Shown piece by piece: positions 27,516 to 41,024 of a DNA stretch of 64,000 bases. The notes under the pieces are model-generated. The model had not been told where the DNA came from, did no database searches, and saw only the letters and a program-made list of their open reading frames with translations. How positions within the stretch are numbered: position 1 is the first letter of the stretch; every line of letters starts with the position of its first letter. The translations under genes were made by a program, and so were the position numbers. The stretch is from Saccostrea echinata (taxonomy: Eukaryota), in the NCBI RefSeq assembly GCF_033153115.1, contig NW_026889772.1, positions 6,262,001 to 6,326,000 on the forward strand, written 5' to 3'.

Positions 27516-29143
27516 GGTTTATATAGTAGGTGTCACACTAATAGAATGTCTCACTAAATAACAGAATGTCTCACTAAATAACAGAATGTCTCTACTGCTT
27601 TAAAAAGTAGGTGTGGCACAAAATAACAGAATATCTCTACTGCTTTATAAAGTAGGTGTCACACTAAATGGATACTTTGAAAAGCATTCCCATGTTCTAA
27701 GAAAGGATAAAATTGCAAATTTTTAACATCTTGGCAGAAAGTTGGAGGGGATATAATAGCTTGTGTTTGTGTGGGTGATTGTGTGTGTGTGTGTGATATA
27801 GAAATTGATGTGCTCTTGTGCAAGGGGATGCTCCGCTTTGCGGCGCCCTTGTAAAGTAATTTTATTTTGGCGCTTCATCAAAAGCCACTTGAAAAAGGAT
27901 ATTGGTGCTAAAAGATTACAATTTCATGGTATTTAAGTCCATAAGTTATACTGGTGTTTCTATTACTAGAATTATGTAGGATTTTCCCTCCAGATTTTCA
28001 TAAGGTTCTTAATTGTTCAATGAGTGAAAGGACTAAATACTTTTCTCCGAAAGCTCATGAATGGTGGATGATTGCATCACAAAATCTTTTAATCCTTACA
28101 GTTCATTCATAAAAGAAAAAAATCTCATCAATATTTATATTGAATTTATTTCAGAAACAAACATAACAACAAGAAAGGTACTTTTAGAAGTTAACCATCA
28201 ACAAATGCATAACTAACACCTTAACCATAGCTTGTGTCCAAATAACTACATAACAGAGGACACCACTGGTTTTAGAGATCAGCAATATGTTGATCCTAAA
28301 AGTTAAAAAATCTAACATCAGATTTGCATGATGTCTTCATATAACAAGTTATAACAATAAATATTTCTAAAACTTAACAAAGAATGTAAATAAATTTATA
28401 ATGTAATTGTCTAGGATGATATAACAATGGAATGGTAACTGAGGGTGATATGGAATGGGGAACAAGGCCAGTTGGTTTTAAATTAGGCTTTTTGTTAACC
28501 TGTTACTAACATGTTATAACAAAGAGAAAGCATGATGGCACACAAGGTCTTATTTCATAATGTTCAAGGTAACAGTGAAATAGAATGAAAACTCTTTGTG
28601 ATTTTGGCTAAAGATCAAAAACTTACAGAGGGCAGTGATAACATTTAGTATTCTGGAAGACATACAATGCTTTAAAAGAACGGTTTTCTTTTGGAAGAAG
28701 GCATTTAAATAAATTTAAATGTAAATATAAAAAATTCTTTGTGTTACAATGTAAACCTTGCAGGTCTTTTATACAGTGAAATATATACACAATTTTAAAG
28801 TTACTCTCTGCTTAATAATCTGGCATCAATACAAGTCATTCCAATTATATACAGACACACGCATGCGGGTTTTAATCATCTATGAAAATTAATGCAGTTT
28901 TTGTAATGCATTATAAGCTCCTCTTATTCATAATTAAAATATTTAATTAAATGAAGACTATATAACTTGGCACAGTTTGCAATTATAAAAATTAATATAT
29001 GAAATTTTTTTTTAAAAAAGTTGTAAAAATATTTTGATTATTTACGTAAATGTAATTTAATAACCTGTTGTAAAATATAATAATAATTAAATAAAAGTAA
29101 CAATAAAATATTTACATTCGCTTGTTTTGTAGGATTTGATTGT

Positions 29144-30333
29144 TTAGCTCTGATAAAGCCTAGCTTCACTATACATGTAATTGTTGTATATGTTGTAATT
29201 GTGGGTGATTCTTGTTGCTGATTGGCCAGCCTCACTGTAAGTGTCCGTGGTCTCAGTATTAAATCCTTCTTCCTCCTCGCTATCTTCCTGGGGGTCCGAG
29301 TTAGAAGAGGACCCCGTGTCACTATTCCCTGAAAAGTCAGAAGATTCAGAGTGCTCTCGTGCCCTGTCCATAGTCCTTAAACCCAAACATGAACTTAGCA
29401 TAGGCATGGACAGCAAACTCTGACGAACCCCTTCTCGAACTTTTTCACGAATTTCTTGGTCCATATTTTTGCGTATTTTTTCGTTTTCCCTCCTGAGCTT
29501 TTCCACTTCTTCCTTCAGGTAACTCATTTCTTCAGCTTTCTCATCAAGTTCACCGTTTTTAGCTTTGACTAATTTGGCACATAAGGCTTTGGCATCTTTG
29601 ATTTCTTTTTCCTTTTTGTCACAGTAATCTTTAACAATATCCTGGAAATGTCGGGTTTCACAGCCAGTAAAAGTGTCCCTACAGTCCTCAATTGTTTTCA
29701 TGAAGACGTTCATTCCTTCCACTAGTTTTTGGTGTCCTTTTGGATATTGCTGCTTGTGACATGTACCATAGAGAACAGCGTATCCCCTCTTAAACAGAAT
29801 TTCACTGATTGGGTGAAGTTGATTACAATTACTGTTCTTTATTTTGTTTTCTTCCTGCTCTTGCCTCGAGCGATAATATCGCACTTTCTTATTTAGTTTT
29901 TTAACAATAAAAATGTTTCGTGTCTCTAACAAGAGGGCATCTGTCATAACCTGAAGTGGCTGTTCTCGGTGTTGTAAGATCTGTATGAGCTTCTTGATCT
30001 TTTGTGAGGATGCCCCATGAATCTGAAAAAGAAGTTACCTCATCAATTTCAAAACTGGCATGCATAATTGACAATTTTACAAAAACCATGAGTAGAAAAT
30101 ATTTTTTTCAAAAAGTTTATTTTTAATTAATTCAATCAATTTAGCCTAAGTAGCAATAACTAATAATTTATGCCAAGGGAAAGATTTCAAATACTTACTG
30201 ACAAGTCATGTTTTTCAGTTTTGTTGATCTTATTATGTTGCAGTAAGTGCCTAAGAATGCGATCTGTTATAACCATGTGGCTCTGCAAATCATTCCTCAA
30301 GTTATGTAATGCCTGTTTCTCTGCAGAATCCAT
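29144..30333 (-). CDS. Cluster gene A: CARD-like + coiled-coil protein with acidic Ser-rich linker and C-terminal HNYNIYNN motif (~337 aa; exons 30199-30333, 29144-30022)
   Basis: Exon 1 is 45 codons (MDSAEKQALHNLRNDLQSHMVITDRILRHLLQHNKINKTEKHDLS) ending at a GTAAGT donor. The ttttcag acceptor continues in frame IHGASSQKIKKLIQILQHREQPLQVMTDALLL into the 267-aa ORF. Clear paralogue of gene B. Confidence 0.85.
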
Positions 30334-33300
30334 CTTCAGAATATTCTCTCTGCTTGAAAGGAAAATCAAATGTCTGAAACTCTTTCATGTAATTTTTCAA
30401 AGTTTCTCCCAGAATAAACCTGTGATCCTATGTAACGAAAGATTACCAGTATCAGTCTTGAAACAAAAGACGATAACCTGGTGCCAAGCTATGAGTCATC
30501 CAAGTATTGAAATTTAAAAAGACAGTAGCCTACCACCCAAACTGAGTTGGTCTACTTGTTTTTCCCTTGATCTGCAGGATTGAGTTATTGAGAAGCAGGC
30601 CCAAAAACCCCCTATTTATTTTATGATTGCACATATCCCCTTTCTCTACTCTTTTATAAAGAGAACCAATGTCTTGTTTCTCACAGGTTCACGGTGATTT
30701 CTACCAATTTATCAATTTTTGCATTATGGGTATTTTTTTATTGAAAATTTTTCCTGCAATTTTAGGAAAAAATATTCTTTATTTAGTATACCTTTTTTAT
30801 TGCACACCAAAAAAAAAATGAGAGCCCAATACAGGCCATTCCTTCATCTAAGATCTGGTATCGAATATTTTTGATGCATTTAGTCCATTAACTTAAATGA
30901 TTATTTACAATTTTTTTTTCCCACCAGAAAAGTGAAAAAGTAGCTCTGACAATTTGAATTATAATCCCTGCTAAATGGAGAGAGTATCAAACAACAACAA
31001 ATGAAAATACATTAAATTTTAACAAAGTAAGCCATGGACTAGACCCTCATCCTAAATTTCTCATTTTTTAAATAAGTTAATTGATCAGTAAAAAAAAATC
31101 ATCTGTTATTGAAAAATATGATTGAGATATAGGGCCACACATTTGTTATAGAATTCTTCGCAGCAAATGGAAACATTTCAGATAAGAACGGTATTGGGAA
31201 ATGTTTTTGTTAACTTTTAAAAATCAGCCCAAAATGTCTCCAACATTTGGTCCCAATAGTATTCTTAACACACCCTTTTCTTTTAGACATGAAAAATATG
31301 ACTCTGTCACTGCTTGATAAGGATATACATACATTTATTGTTTCAATATCATTTGCAATATCTTGGACTATATATTTGCTGTTCAAACATTAAATTAAAA
31401 AAAATATATCACATGAGGTTAAGAAGTGCTTAATTCTTTTTTTACGTTAACAAAAAAACTTTCTGTCTACATGAAAATGTAGATGTCTGTGAAGCTGTTA
31501 GTATCAATCAAAATAAACTCAGAATTAAATAAATGCATTAAGACTAAAAGTATCTTGTGAAGTATAGATCCAGTCAGAAGGAATGTTATAGCACTATTTT
31601 TTCAGAAAGATAAGTAATTTATAAACGGCACTGTTTTAAAAAGTCATGTAAATTATTTTGTAAAAACTTACCATTAATTTTGGTTATTCTCAGAAGCCAA
31701 ATACAGCTGGCTTTTGGGTAGTTACACTATAAATCCTCTCTAATTGTAGCCCTTTACCTTAGTGCTAAGTCACAAGTGCTGTACACTTGTATTTTAATCC
31801 AATTGACGTCACACAGACAGGGAATCGTAGTAAATTAAATGTATATATGTTACCTACTGGGATTTAAAATAATTGATGAGATTTTTATAGGGTGCAAGAT
31901 TAGAGCAGATTCTTATCTGCTTGCTGATCTTTTTTTAAAAAAAAGATTTTTGTTAAATCACTGCATTTTTAAATTTATTTTAAGGGGTTTTCTTCATGTT
32001 TGGTATGTACACTGTATTCCTGCAATGGATTTTATGTTTTAGGGACAATAAATGATTTTTAACCTTTTCTCTCCTATGTTTATAATGAATCTAATATTTT
32101 TATTCTAATATTATTCGATCATTTTGGAATGATATGACTGGATGAAATCATGTTTATTATTTTCCTTCAGTAAAGACTTCGGTACAATGCACAGGGATTG
32201 AAATGAGCTACAAAGATTAATACTTAATCGTTAATCAGTGGAAGATCCAGAAGCTCGGGAAGGGAGGGGGGGGGGGGGGTTGAAGCCTGATGGACCATAA
32301 ATTTTCTACAAGTTCTATATTGTAAATGGACTACTGAGCTTGAGTTCAGACTTATATAATTGAAGTATACTGTATAGAGGCAATGATTTTTTTGTTTTTG
32401 TTTTATTTTGTTTTTTGTTTTGTTTGAAAGATATATGGCATCAGTTGAAGTGACAGAAGTCCCTCAGTTGCAAATGGACTAAAATTGCATTTTGTTATTT
32501 TAAAGGTTAAACATAATCATACAGGAATGGAAGCAGTATGTATTATACATGATAGACTTATTAATAATAAGATAATAAGTGCAGGAATCTATTAATGTAC
32601 ATTACATGAGAGCTTTTGCAGGTTTAGAAGTTTTTTCCTGTAGCTTGTATATTTTTTATCACATTTATTTTATCACACATCAAAGTTATTCTTGGTGTAT
32701 GAAGAGTCCTGCTGCTATTCTTGGAATACAAATCTTCTTCCTAGTTTTCTTGTTAACATTCAACCCAGTGAGTTGGCGGTATATAAAGAATTTCTTAATT
32801 GTACAATCTGTTTCATTTTCAAAAAATAAAAGAACATTTATTTTTAATTGCACAACTTTTTAATAGCTTGACAAAAGCAAATTGATAATAGTATGAAGTA
32901 TGGTATTGAAATTCAAGATTTATTTCAAAACTCTAATTATGCTGTCAGTTCAGCTAAGATAAAATCAGATTTCACATGCAAGATAGTGTAAGGTAGTTTC
33001 AAAATTCCCAAGTCTTTGTCAAATGATAGAATGTCTAGTGAAGAATTTCTCTGGATAACCAACAAATCAAAATCTAAAGGTTTAATTTGAGTTTCTCAGA
33101 CTGGTATCTGGGCTGATTTGAATTGAATATTTGAATTGGAAGCCAGCAGTATTTACCTAGTTCTTACTTATATGTGTTCGTGTTGGGGGTCTGGGTTTGA
33201 ACCTCCCCCGAGGAGGGTTAAATACCTGCTTTATTAGTAATTTATTGGCACTCGTCTAAGGATCCCCTCTCACTGTTAAGTTTAATCCATATTTTGTGAT

Positions 33301-35109
33301 ATATCTTTAGGTCAGAAGATTGTGTTGCCTGTATTTCTGTCCAAGAGACTATCTTATCACAGTGGGCATTACCAACTTATAAATCCTTAACCTTGAAAAA
33401 GAAAATGCAAAATGATAGAGAGAAATCGATAAAAAATTAAACCCAATAGCACAAAAATCAGCCTATCCCTTTCAAATAAGACTCATTATATGCTTAAGTT
33501 TGCACATGCATTATCTAATAGCTAAACTTGATGTTTTTATATTGCCATGACAATATTTTAATGTGACAAGATGTTATGTGTTGATTAAGCTGTGACATTT
33601 TAGCAGAGTTGTTTTAAAATTGATTTTTTTTTTATTTGTAAACCAGTTTTTAAATAAATAGATAAAATAATGAAGATTATCAATTGATGAGATAAAATGT
33701 TGACATCTTTTTGTGAAATGATCATATGTTCCTGTATCACAATAGTTCACAGATCCATGTGCATAAAAATATATGACCAATGGAGACAATAAGATCAAGC
33801 TTGTTTATGAAGAAATGGTGTAATCAAGATAATATTTTATTTTGTAACAATTTCCATATAAAGTTAATGTCTGCATGATTTGTCGTTTACTTAGTGCTGT
33901 TTGGGTATTCTGTACTATAACATAGTAAGGACATAACACATGAACATACCTCAAACCACAATATAAATCAAAAATTAAACAAGGCATAAATGAGGAAATC
34001 TGTAATTGATCTGATGTTCTCGTGGTTTTAACTGTTTTTTGTTGATTTTTTTTAATGGTTCAGACTTTTGCATGCAGTTCTGACATTAAAATCAATGATT
34101 TGGAACTCACGATAACTTGCTTTTGTCTCTGTTTAAACGCTCTGTAAGTACTATTGATACCTGTTTATGAGTCATTGCTATGGATTTAAATGCACTGTTA
34201 CACTTTAAATAAAGCTTTCATTCCATTGATATGCATATTGTGTTTTAGAATTCCTATGGTGTTTTATTTATATTGCTCGTCAAGAGTGTAATAATCCCAT
34301 ATATAAGTTGATAATCTTTTTTAGCTAATGGTGTTATGTAAACTAAGGAGGGTTATATTGGAGGTGATGATGTAAGGGGTCTCAGATTAGTATATTAACA
34401 CTCTTGTGTGGTGTATTCAATATGCATGAACTGATAGATATGACATGCTGTTGCAATTTGTCATTTGTGAGACCTGAGATTGTTCTCAGATATATTTGAC
34501 ATAGTTGTCCTTAGTACCAGTAATATCATATGCAAGAAGTGAAAGTACCAGTAAAGGGAAGGATTGAAACTTAACATTTACTTAACATATTTATGTTTAC
34601 CCTCCCTGAAAAAAAGAAATAAATGAGACACTTTTTGCAAGCTTTTTCTTGCATTTTTAAAATGCAATTAGTCACATTTTATCTGTATTGAATATCATTT
34701 CTGTATTGAATATTATTTCCCCCACAATGTATTAATCTCAATCTCACAAAGTAGTGCATTCTGTTTGAGCTTAATGGCTTTACCCTGTTTTAAGCCATGT
34801 TAATCCCCTCTAGATGAGGGGGTCTTTTTTCTGTTCTTTGTCCCCTTTACTTACTTTGGCATTGTAGGTAAAGGTCTATTAACAGTGGTGGTCAGTTATT
34901 GACTTTGGCACCGACTCAAAATGGTAGAACCCATTTCTGAACAGGAATGTTCTTGCAAATGTATAGCAAAAGAGAAGGACATTGAGAAAAAAAAATCACA
35001 CAATCTTCAATAACTTTATTAATAACAAATTTAACAAATTTTTAACTAATCTAATAAACTTAACAAAAACACAACAGTTTTCTAACTAAGATTCACTACA
35101 AAGTTTGAT

Positions 35110-36249
35110 CTAATTTTGATAAATTTTTGTGTCACTGTACATATGGTTGTTGTAGATGTTGTAGTTATGGACAATTTTTGATCCTTTTTGAGTCGTGGAA
35201 GTTGTCATTTTATTTGATGCAGGAACATCACTGTCAGACTCACAATCAGACTCAGAGTCCGAAAGAGAATGTTCCTGAGGCTCGGGGCGTTTTACAGGGG
35301 AACGCTGCCGTAATTTCCTGTCCAAAATGTCTTCCTCGGTTTCGACATAAGGAACTGGATCTGTGGGAGACAGACGGGGAAGCATAAGAAGGCGATCTAC
35401 ATTCTCCTGTACTTTGGTTTTGATTTCTATTCCCATTTTCTTCCGCATGGATTCATTCTCAACTTTCAGCTTCATAAGTTCATCTTGTAAGTCTTTGATG
35501 TTCTTCTGTTTTTCTTCCAGGTCACTGTTTTTGCTTTTCACAAGTTTGGCACACACCAGTTTTGCATTTTCAATTTCCTGGTGCTTCTTTTCTTTGTACT
35601 CGGCAATAATTTCTTGAAAACTTTGTCTCTCGCTGGAAGGCTCCAAACTCTGTCGACATTTAGTGATATCGCCAACAAATTTGTTAATGTCTTCCACGAG
35701 AGCTTGGTGGCTTGTCCCTGCTGTAACTTTTCTGGATTCTCCATATATTGTTAAATATCCACGTGTGTAAAGAATATCTGCCACATCATCTAACTGTCCA
35801 AAATAAGAGGATGTCTGGTTTTCCTGAGCTTGGAGGCGTTTACGGCAGAACCGAACTTTCTTCCTCAGTTTCTGAACAATGTAGTCATTTTTCACATCAA
35901 GAAGAAGTGTCTCGGTTAGAGTTTTCAAAGGCTCCTTTCGATTTTTCATGATTTGCAATATTCTTTTTACTCTTTGGCAGTTGGCACCCAGTCTCTGAAA
36001 AAAATCAAGGTCAAGAATTAGAAATTTCTTTTCAAATATTAAACATAGTTATTGATTGAATGTTAAAAGAAAAAAAGGAACTGTAAGATTTTGTTGGCAA
36101 ACAAAGATACATACTGAGAGTTCATATTTTTCAGCCTTTGTGATTTTTTGGTTCTGTAGGAAGTGAACGAGCATCTTGTCTGTGATTACTGCACAATTCT
36201 GTAGTTCCTCTTTAACATTGTGTAGAGCTTGGCGTTCTGCTGGATCCAT
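35110..36249 (-). CDS. Cluster gene B: CARD-like + coiled-coil protein with C-terminal HNYNIYNN motif (~339 aa; exons 36115-36249, 35110-35994)
   Basis: Exon 1 is 45 codons (MDPAERQALHNVKEELQNCAVITDKMLVHFLQNQKITKAEKYELS) with a GTATGT donor. The acceptor continues RLGANCQRVKRILQIMKNRKEPLKTLTETLLL. Colinear with gene A (e.g. AKLVCAKLVKSKN vs AKALCAKLVKAKN). Confidence 0.85.
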
Positions 36250-38327
36250 TTTCTAGTTTCTTGAGAAAGTTCCTGTTTTGGATAAAAAAAAAAATTGATT
36301 TTCTTGGTCTTCTTTTACCAAAAATCACACCTTTCCTTTTCTCCTGTGACATTTAAATGATCAAACAAGCTAGAGACACACTAATTTTGGAGTCGCATGA
36401 CGTAAATCGGGTTAAAGTTGGCAGGAAATCAGTATTTTAGGAGCATGCTTATCACTACTTAAACTTGTAAGATAAATTAAAAATTCAGAGAATGATAGGG
36501 CAGTATATTGATACAGTTCTTAAAAAGTGACAGTTAAGAATTCCAGGTGAATTTTGATTTGCTTTCACAGAAACCAGATTTTTTTTGTTGATTGATATTT
36601 AATATTTAAAGAATAGTTTCAAATTAAAATTGAAAAAAAATATTGTGTTGCTCTTTATAAAAATGATTTAATAAATACATGTAGTTATAAATTGGTATTT
36701 TGTTCTCATGAATTTTTTTTAGCAGGATCATGTACTGAAGACAACTGTCACTAAGCACTATTTTTATCATACAGGACCTTTGTCTAAAAGACTTTTCAAC
36801 ACTGCAAAATTAATCGAATATAATTAGGGTCATGAAAAATAAGTATATGATAAAAGATAAGGAGGACCCTATGTACTTACCCCGAAATCTTAGATGGTCA
36901 AGACTGCGAGTGCCGCCCGTCCAATCTTTGTGCCGATAGCTGGGATTTCCCAAGCTCATGTGAACATTACATTAGAACTGTGTCAGTATTTCATTTACTT
37001 TATGACGTCAATGACTACCTTGGATTTAAATGACCAAGAATTAAAAGCCTTATGTTGAATGTCCAACCTAGGGATATTTAAATTCTTCTCGTGTTATTAC
37101 CTTTATTTTGGTGATTGGACGCAGTTCAACTCTTCTGTTGGAGTACTGTCAATAAATTTCTCCTACATTTTAAAGATGTGTATTGGGGTATTGACACTAA
37201 TATTGTACCCTTTTTGGCAGCCATCTGTCCTTTAATTATCACTTGGACCCCCTCATTCTATGTATTGAGGGAGATTAAGACTTTCTGCTGGGTAAACAAA
37301 GATCACTTGAAGTAGTCTTATATTGGGAAGTAGTCCTAAATTTTCCTTTGGAGCGGCTATTTGTAACTTATTTATTTAGCAATCTTTGGTAAATCTGCTG
37401 AGGGTTACAATGAAGTTTTACCTTTAGTTAGAAAGAGAAGCATTATTAAAATAAAATTATAGAAATTTCTTTTAAGCGTAAGGAAATATAAACTTAAGGA
37501 TAATGAATATGTTGATTTAATAATTTTCCTATAAAAGAACCATTTTTATATATGTATGATAATACTTCATGGTTATGGTACATATTTATTTTGGTATATT
37601 TAATCAGAGTATTGTGATAATGAAATGGTTAAGTAATCATTGAAGGTTAAGAGTCATGTATAACTTAAGTTGATTTCATTGATTAAAAAATAAAACAACA
37701 CACAAAAACTTTCAGAAGTTATTAATAGTAGGAGATGATGTAGTTTCCGAAAATTGGTTACTGTAACGCAACTGATGGTAATGTAGCTTGTGATTATATC
37801 CAACTCGGCTTAAACCTCAGACAAGTCACAAAATTATGTGGATCCTGTGCTATTCGCAACACATGTGTAGGATTTTGAGATCTTTATAGATCAATAAGAA
37901 CAACACTGTGCTTTTGTAGAATGAATTGTATTATGGAAATTTACATCAACATAACATCATGGTAAAACAAGAAAGAGAAGAGAAGTGCGTGCTGCGCATT
38001 CTCTTGCCATGTATGTTGACAGCCCAATATAGTAAGGCTTCTATTAAGCATCCATTAGGCTTCTATTAGGCACCCAAATAATAGGGCCTCCTACTACATA
38101 ACATAATTAGGCCATCATTAGGTGTCAGGCACCTAGTTATAGGGCCTCCTACCACATAACACTAGACCTCTAAGACATCCAATATTATTAGGATGCCATT
38201 AGGCTAACAGTATAGCTAGTGATAAACAACAACAATAAAATTACTATAAGTATAAAAGTTAACTACTCAAATCTATAACTCAAATAGAAAACTGTATATT
38301 ATGCAATAAAAAACAGTACAGTTACAA

Positions 38328-39457
38328 TTAATACAGAACACTGTCAGCAAGGCCAGGGAAGTCCAGTGTGTTCTGATTCTCATAGTGTGGCTTTTCTGAT
38401 TGGTCGGATTCTGATGTCGAATCAGAATCTAGGTCCATGGCATTGGCACCGCCCATTTGAAAATGTCCATGATTATGAATGTTGATGGTCACACTGGGTT
38501 TAGAGGAGGGTCTAGTATCCACAGGATTCAATCGAAGCAGCCTTTCTTTGACAATTCTGTCTACAGTTTCTCGAATTATTTTGTCTTTTTCTTCTCGTTC
38601 TCGCTCTAGCTCACTTTCAAGTTCTTCCACTTTTGTTGTCAGTTCATCATTTTCTACTTGAAGACTGTCAATCCTTTTCTTCCACACAGTTCTTTCCAAT
38701 CGAAGATCATCAGCAATGGCCTGTGTTTTCTTCTGGAGGTATTTACTTTGCAGATCTTTTAATGGAACATCTGAATTTTCATCCATGGGATCCATTGCCA
38801 TTCTGCAGTATTTGAGGGCTTTCACAATGTCATTGCCATCACAGGTTTGCTTGTTTGTCTCTTCTGAACAATTCCCTTTATTATCACCATGAACCAGTGG
38901 AGCCACAGAATTGTAGAAGCTCTCAAACACCACAGAGGGTTTCGGATATTTTTTGGTCTCCTTGAATGGTTTTCCATCCATGACGAGATCTGTTTCTTTT
39001 AGTTCTCGGAGTCTGTGTTGCTGTTTGTGATGTCGAACCATTTTTTGCATTTTATCCACACAGTACTGGTTGATGTTCCTTTCAAGCATTAAAGCTTCTG
39101 TAAATGCACTGAAACCTTTTTCTTTTTTGCGCATTATTTCTGCTAATTGGGTGTTTCTCTTTGAACTCTGTCTTATTCTCTGAAAGAACAAGAATTCATG
39201 ATTGCAAAAAAATCATTGTAGCACAAATGCAGGTACATTTTTTGGAGCAAGATGGCAGCAGATTTTTCACAAAGTATAATTATTTTTAAGCAGACATTTG
39301 AAATGTTTTTGAGTCAGTTTACCATGAGACACTTTCGGTCCCTGTGGGAGATCATGTCTGTACTTTCTAGTCGGCGAAGAACAGCATCAGTCACTAGAAG
39401 GTTATTGCTGATGTCTTTCCGACAAGTTTCTAAAGCATACAATTCACTGGTGTCCAT
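38328..39457 (-). CDS. Cluster gene C: CARD-like + coiled-coil + RHIM-like protein (~328 aa; exons 39323-39457, 38328-39179)
   Basis: Exon 1 is absent from the ORF track: 45 codons MDTSELYALETCRKDISNNLLVTDAVLRRLESTDMISHRDRKCLM with a GTAAAC donor. The ttctttcag acceptor continues RIRQSSKRNTQLAEIMRKKEKGFSAFTEALML. Heptad-rich segment, then tail VTINIHNHGHFQMGGANAM. Confidence 0.85.
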
Positions 39458-41024
39458 GTTTGGCTTTGAAAATAGAATTCAGATAAAAATTAAATAATTT
39501 CAGGTGCATTAGGAAAAATGAGTATATTTGATTTGCTTTTGAAATAATACTTACAGGTTTAGCCTGGTCGTATCATGAAATTCTGATCTGTAGGTGATAC
39601 TTTCCTTTTAATTTTGTTTCTTTGAATAAAAATATTTAATGAATCAATGACTTAAAAGAAAGAGGACTGGAAATTTGAGCTAGCAAAGATATTTTGTCTT
39701 TTCTTTAAGGGTGATCATATGTGACAGTCACTAGAACTTTACTGGTCAGTAAATGTGAAATACTTGGAGTAGGTTAGGTCCACTGAATAGAATTCTGAAC
39801 AAAGAACAATACAAACAGCATAATTCTGAAATCCTACCAGTTTCTTTTGTGAAAAAGCCTCAGTTCACAAGTCTGTATACCATTTCATACACTCAGTTAA
39901 CAAAGTTAGTGGATGGGGTAATACATGTGTACTAGCTGGCTTCATCTGTTCTGTTTGCTTATGTATTTTAGTCATACATGATCTTTCTCTACAGCTATTC
40001 AATTTTTGTTGACAATTTTTAAAAAAATATTTTTAAAGTTAGATTCTAGGTTTATTTTAGAAATTAAGGGAAAAAATAATGTGTATTATGTCAATGAAAT
40101 TTCTAATGGAGATAATATCTATTATCTCTAAAACTTGTGATATTTACAAACTTCAGTGAATCGATGTTAACATTGTATACCATTCAGACCTGTGCACAGA
40201 TTACTTATTACTGATCTGTCAAAGTTGTTTGTTTTGATATTTTTTGCAGGGTTAAAGCCTTTAGATATAGATAGAATTCCTGTAAAATCCCTAACTTTGC
40301 TTTGAAGAAACATTAGCTTACATTTGGCAAGGAAGTTGCTTCTGACCAAGAAATGGGTCCTAACAGACCAACATCATTTGAACATGCTAGGTCACATGGT
40401 TTATAAATGTAACATTCTCATGAGGGCTATAGTTTTATAGTGTAAGATGAATAAGAGCCCAAACTTGGCACAAAGGTTGAACATGGCTAAGGATGTGTCC
40501 TGACTATGAAGTATAACTCTTTGGACAATGTCACAAAATTGTATGATGTGTAATATAATGATGTTTCTTACATATCAGTAATTTATTATCATTTTTCTCG
40601 ATACTTATCTCTGTATTTTGTAATTGGATAATCAGCATAAAATTTAAAAATTGTGCTTAGTTTGCAGCAGTTTTGATTGCTTCATAAAAGGCTGTCCCAT
40701 TCAGAGATCCGGAAATTTTCTATTAGGCATGCATTTTATTAAATTTTTACTTTTAAATATCAGAATTCTTTAACCATTTTGAAATTCAGGGACAAAATCA
40801 ATGGAAATATTGTACATACTTATTTCTAGCTTTTGATTTTTTGACAGCTACCTAATTTTTAATGTCTGAAGTTGAACCAAAAGTAAAGAAATTAGAGTTA
40901 TGTCCCTCTACATGTACTGCCATAAAACCCACCACAAAAAAAAGCAAAACAAAACAATGTATAAAAACTAGATAGATATGTTTATATTCTATTTGTAAGA
41001 GACTCAGATTAATGCAACTTTAAT

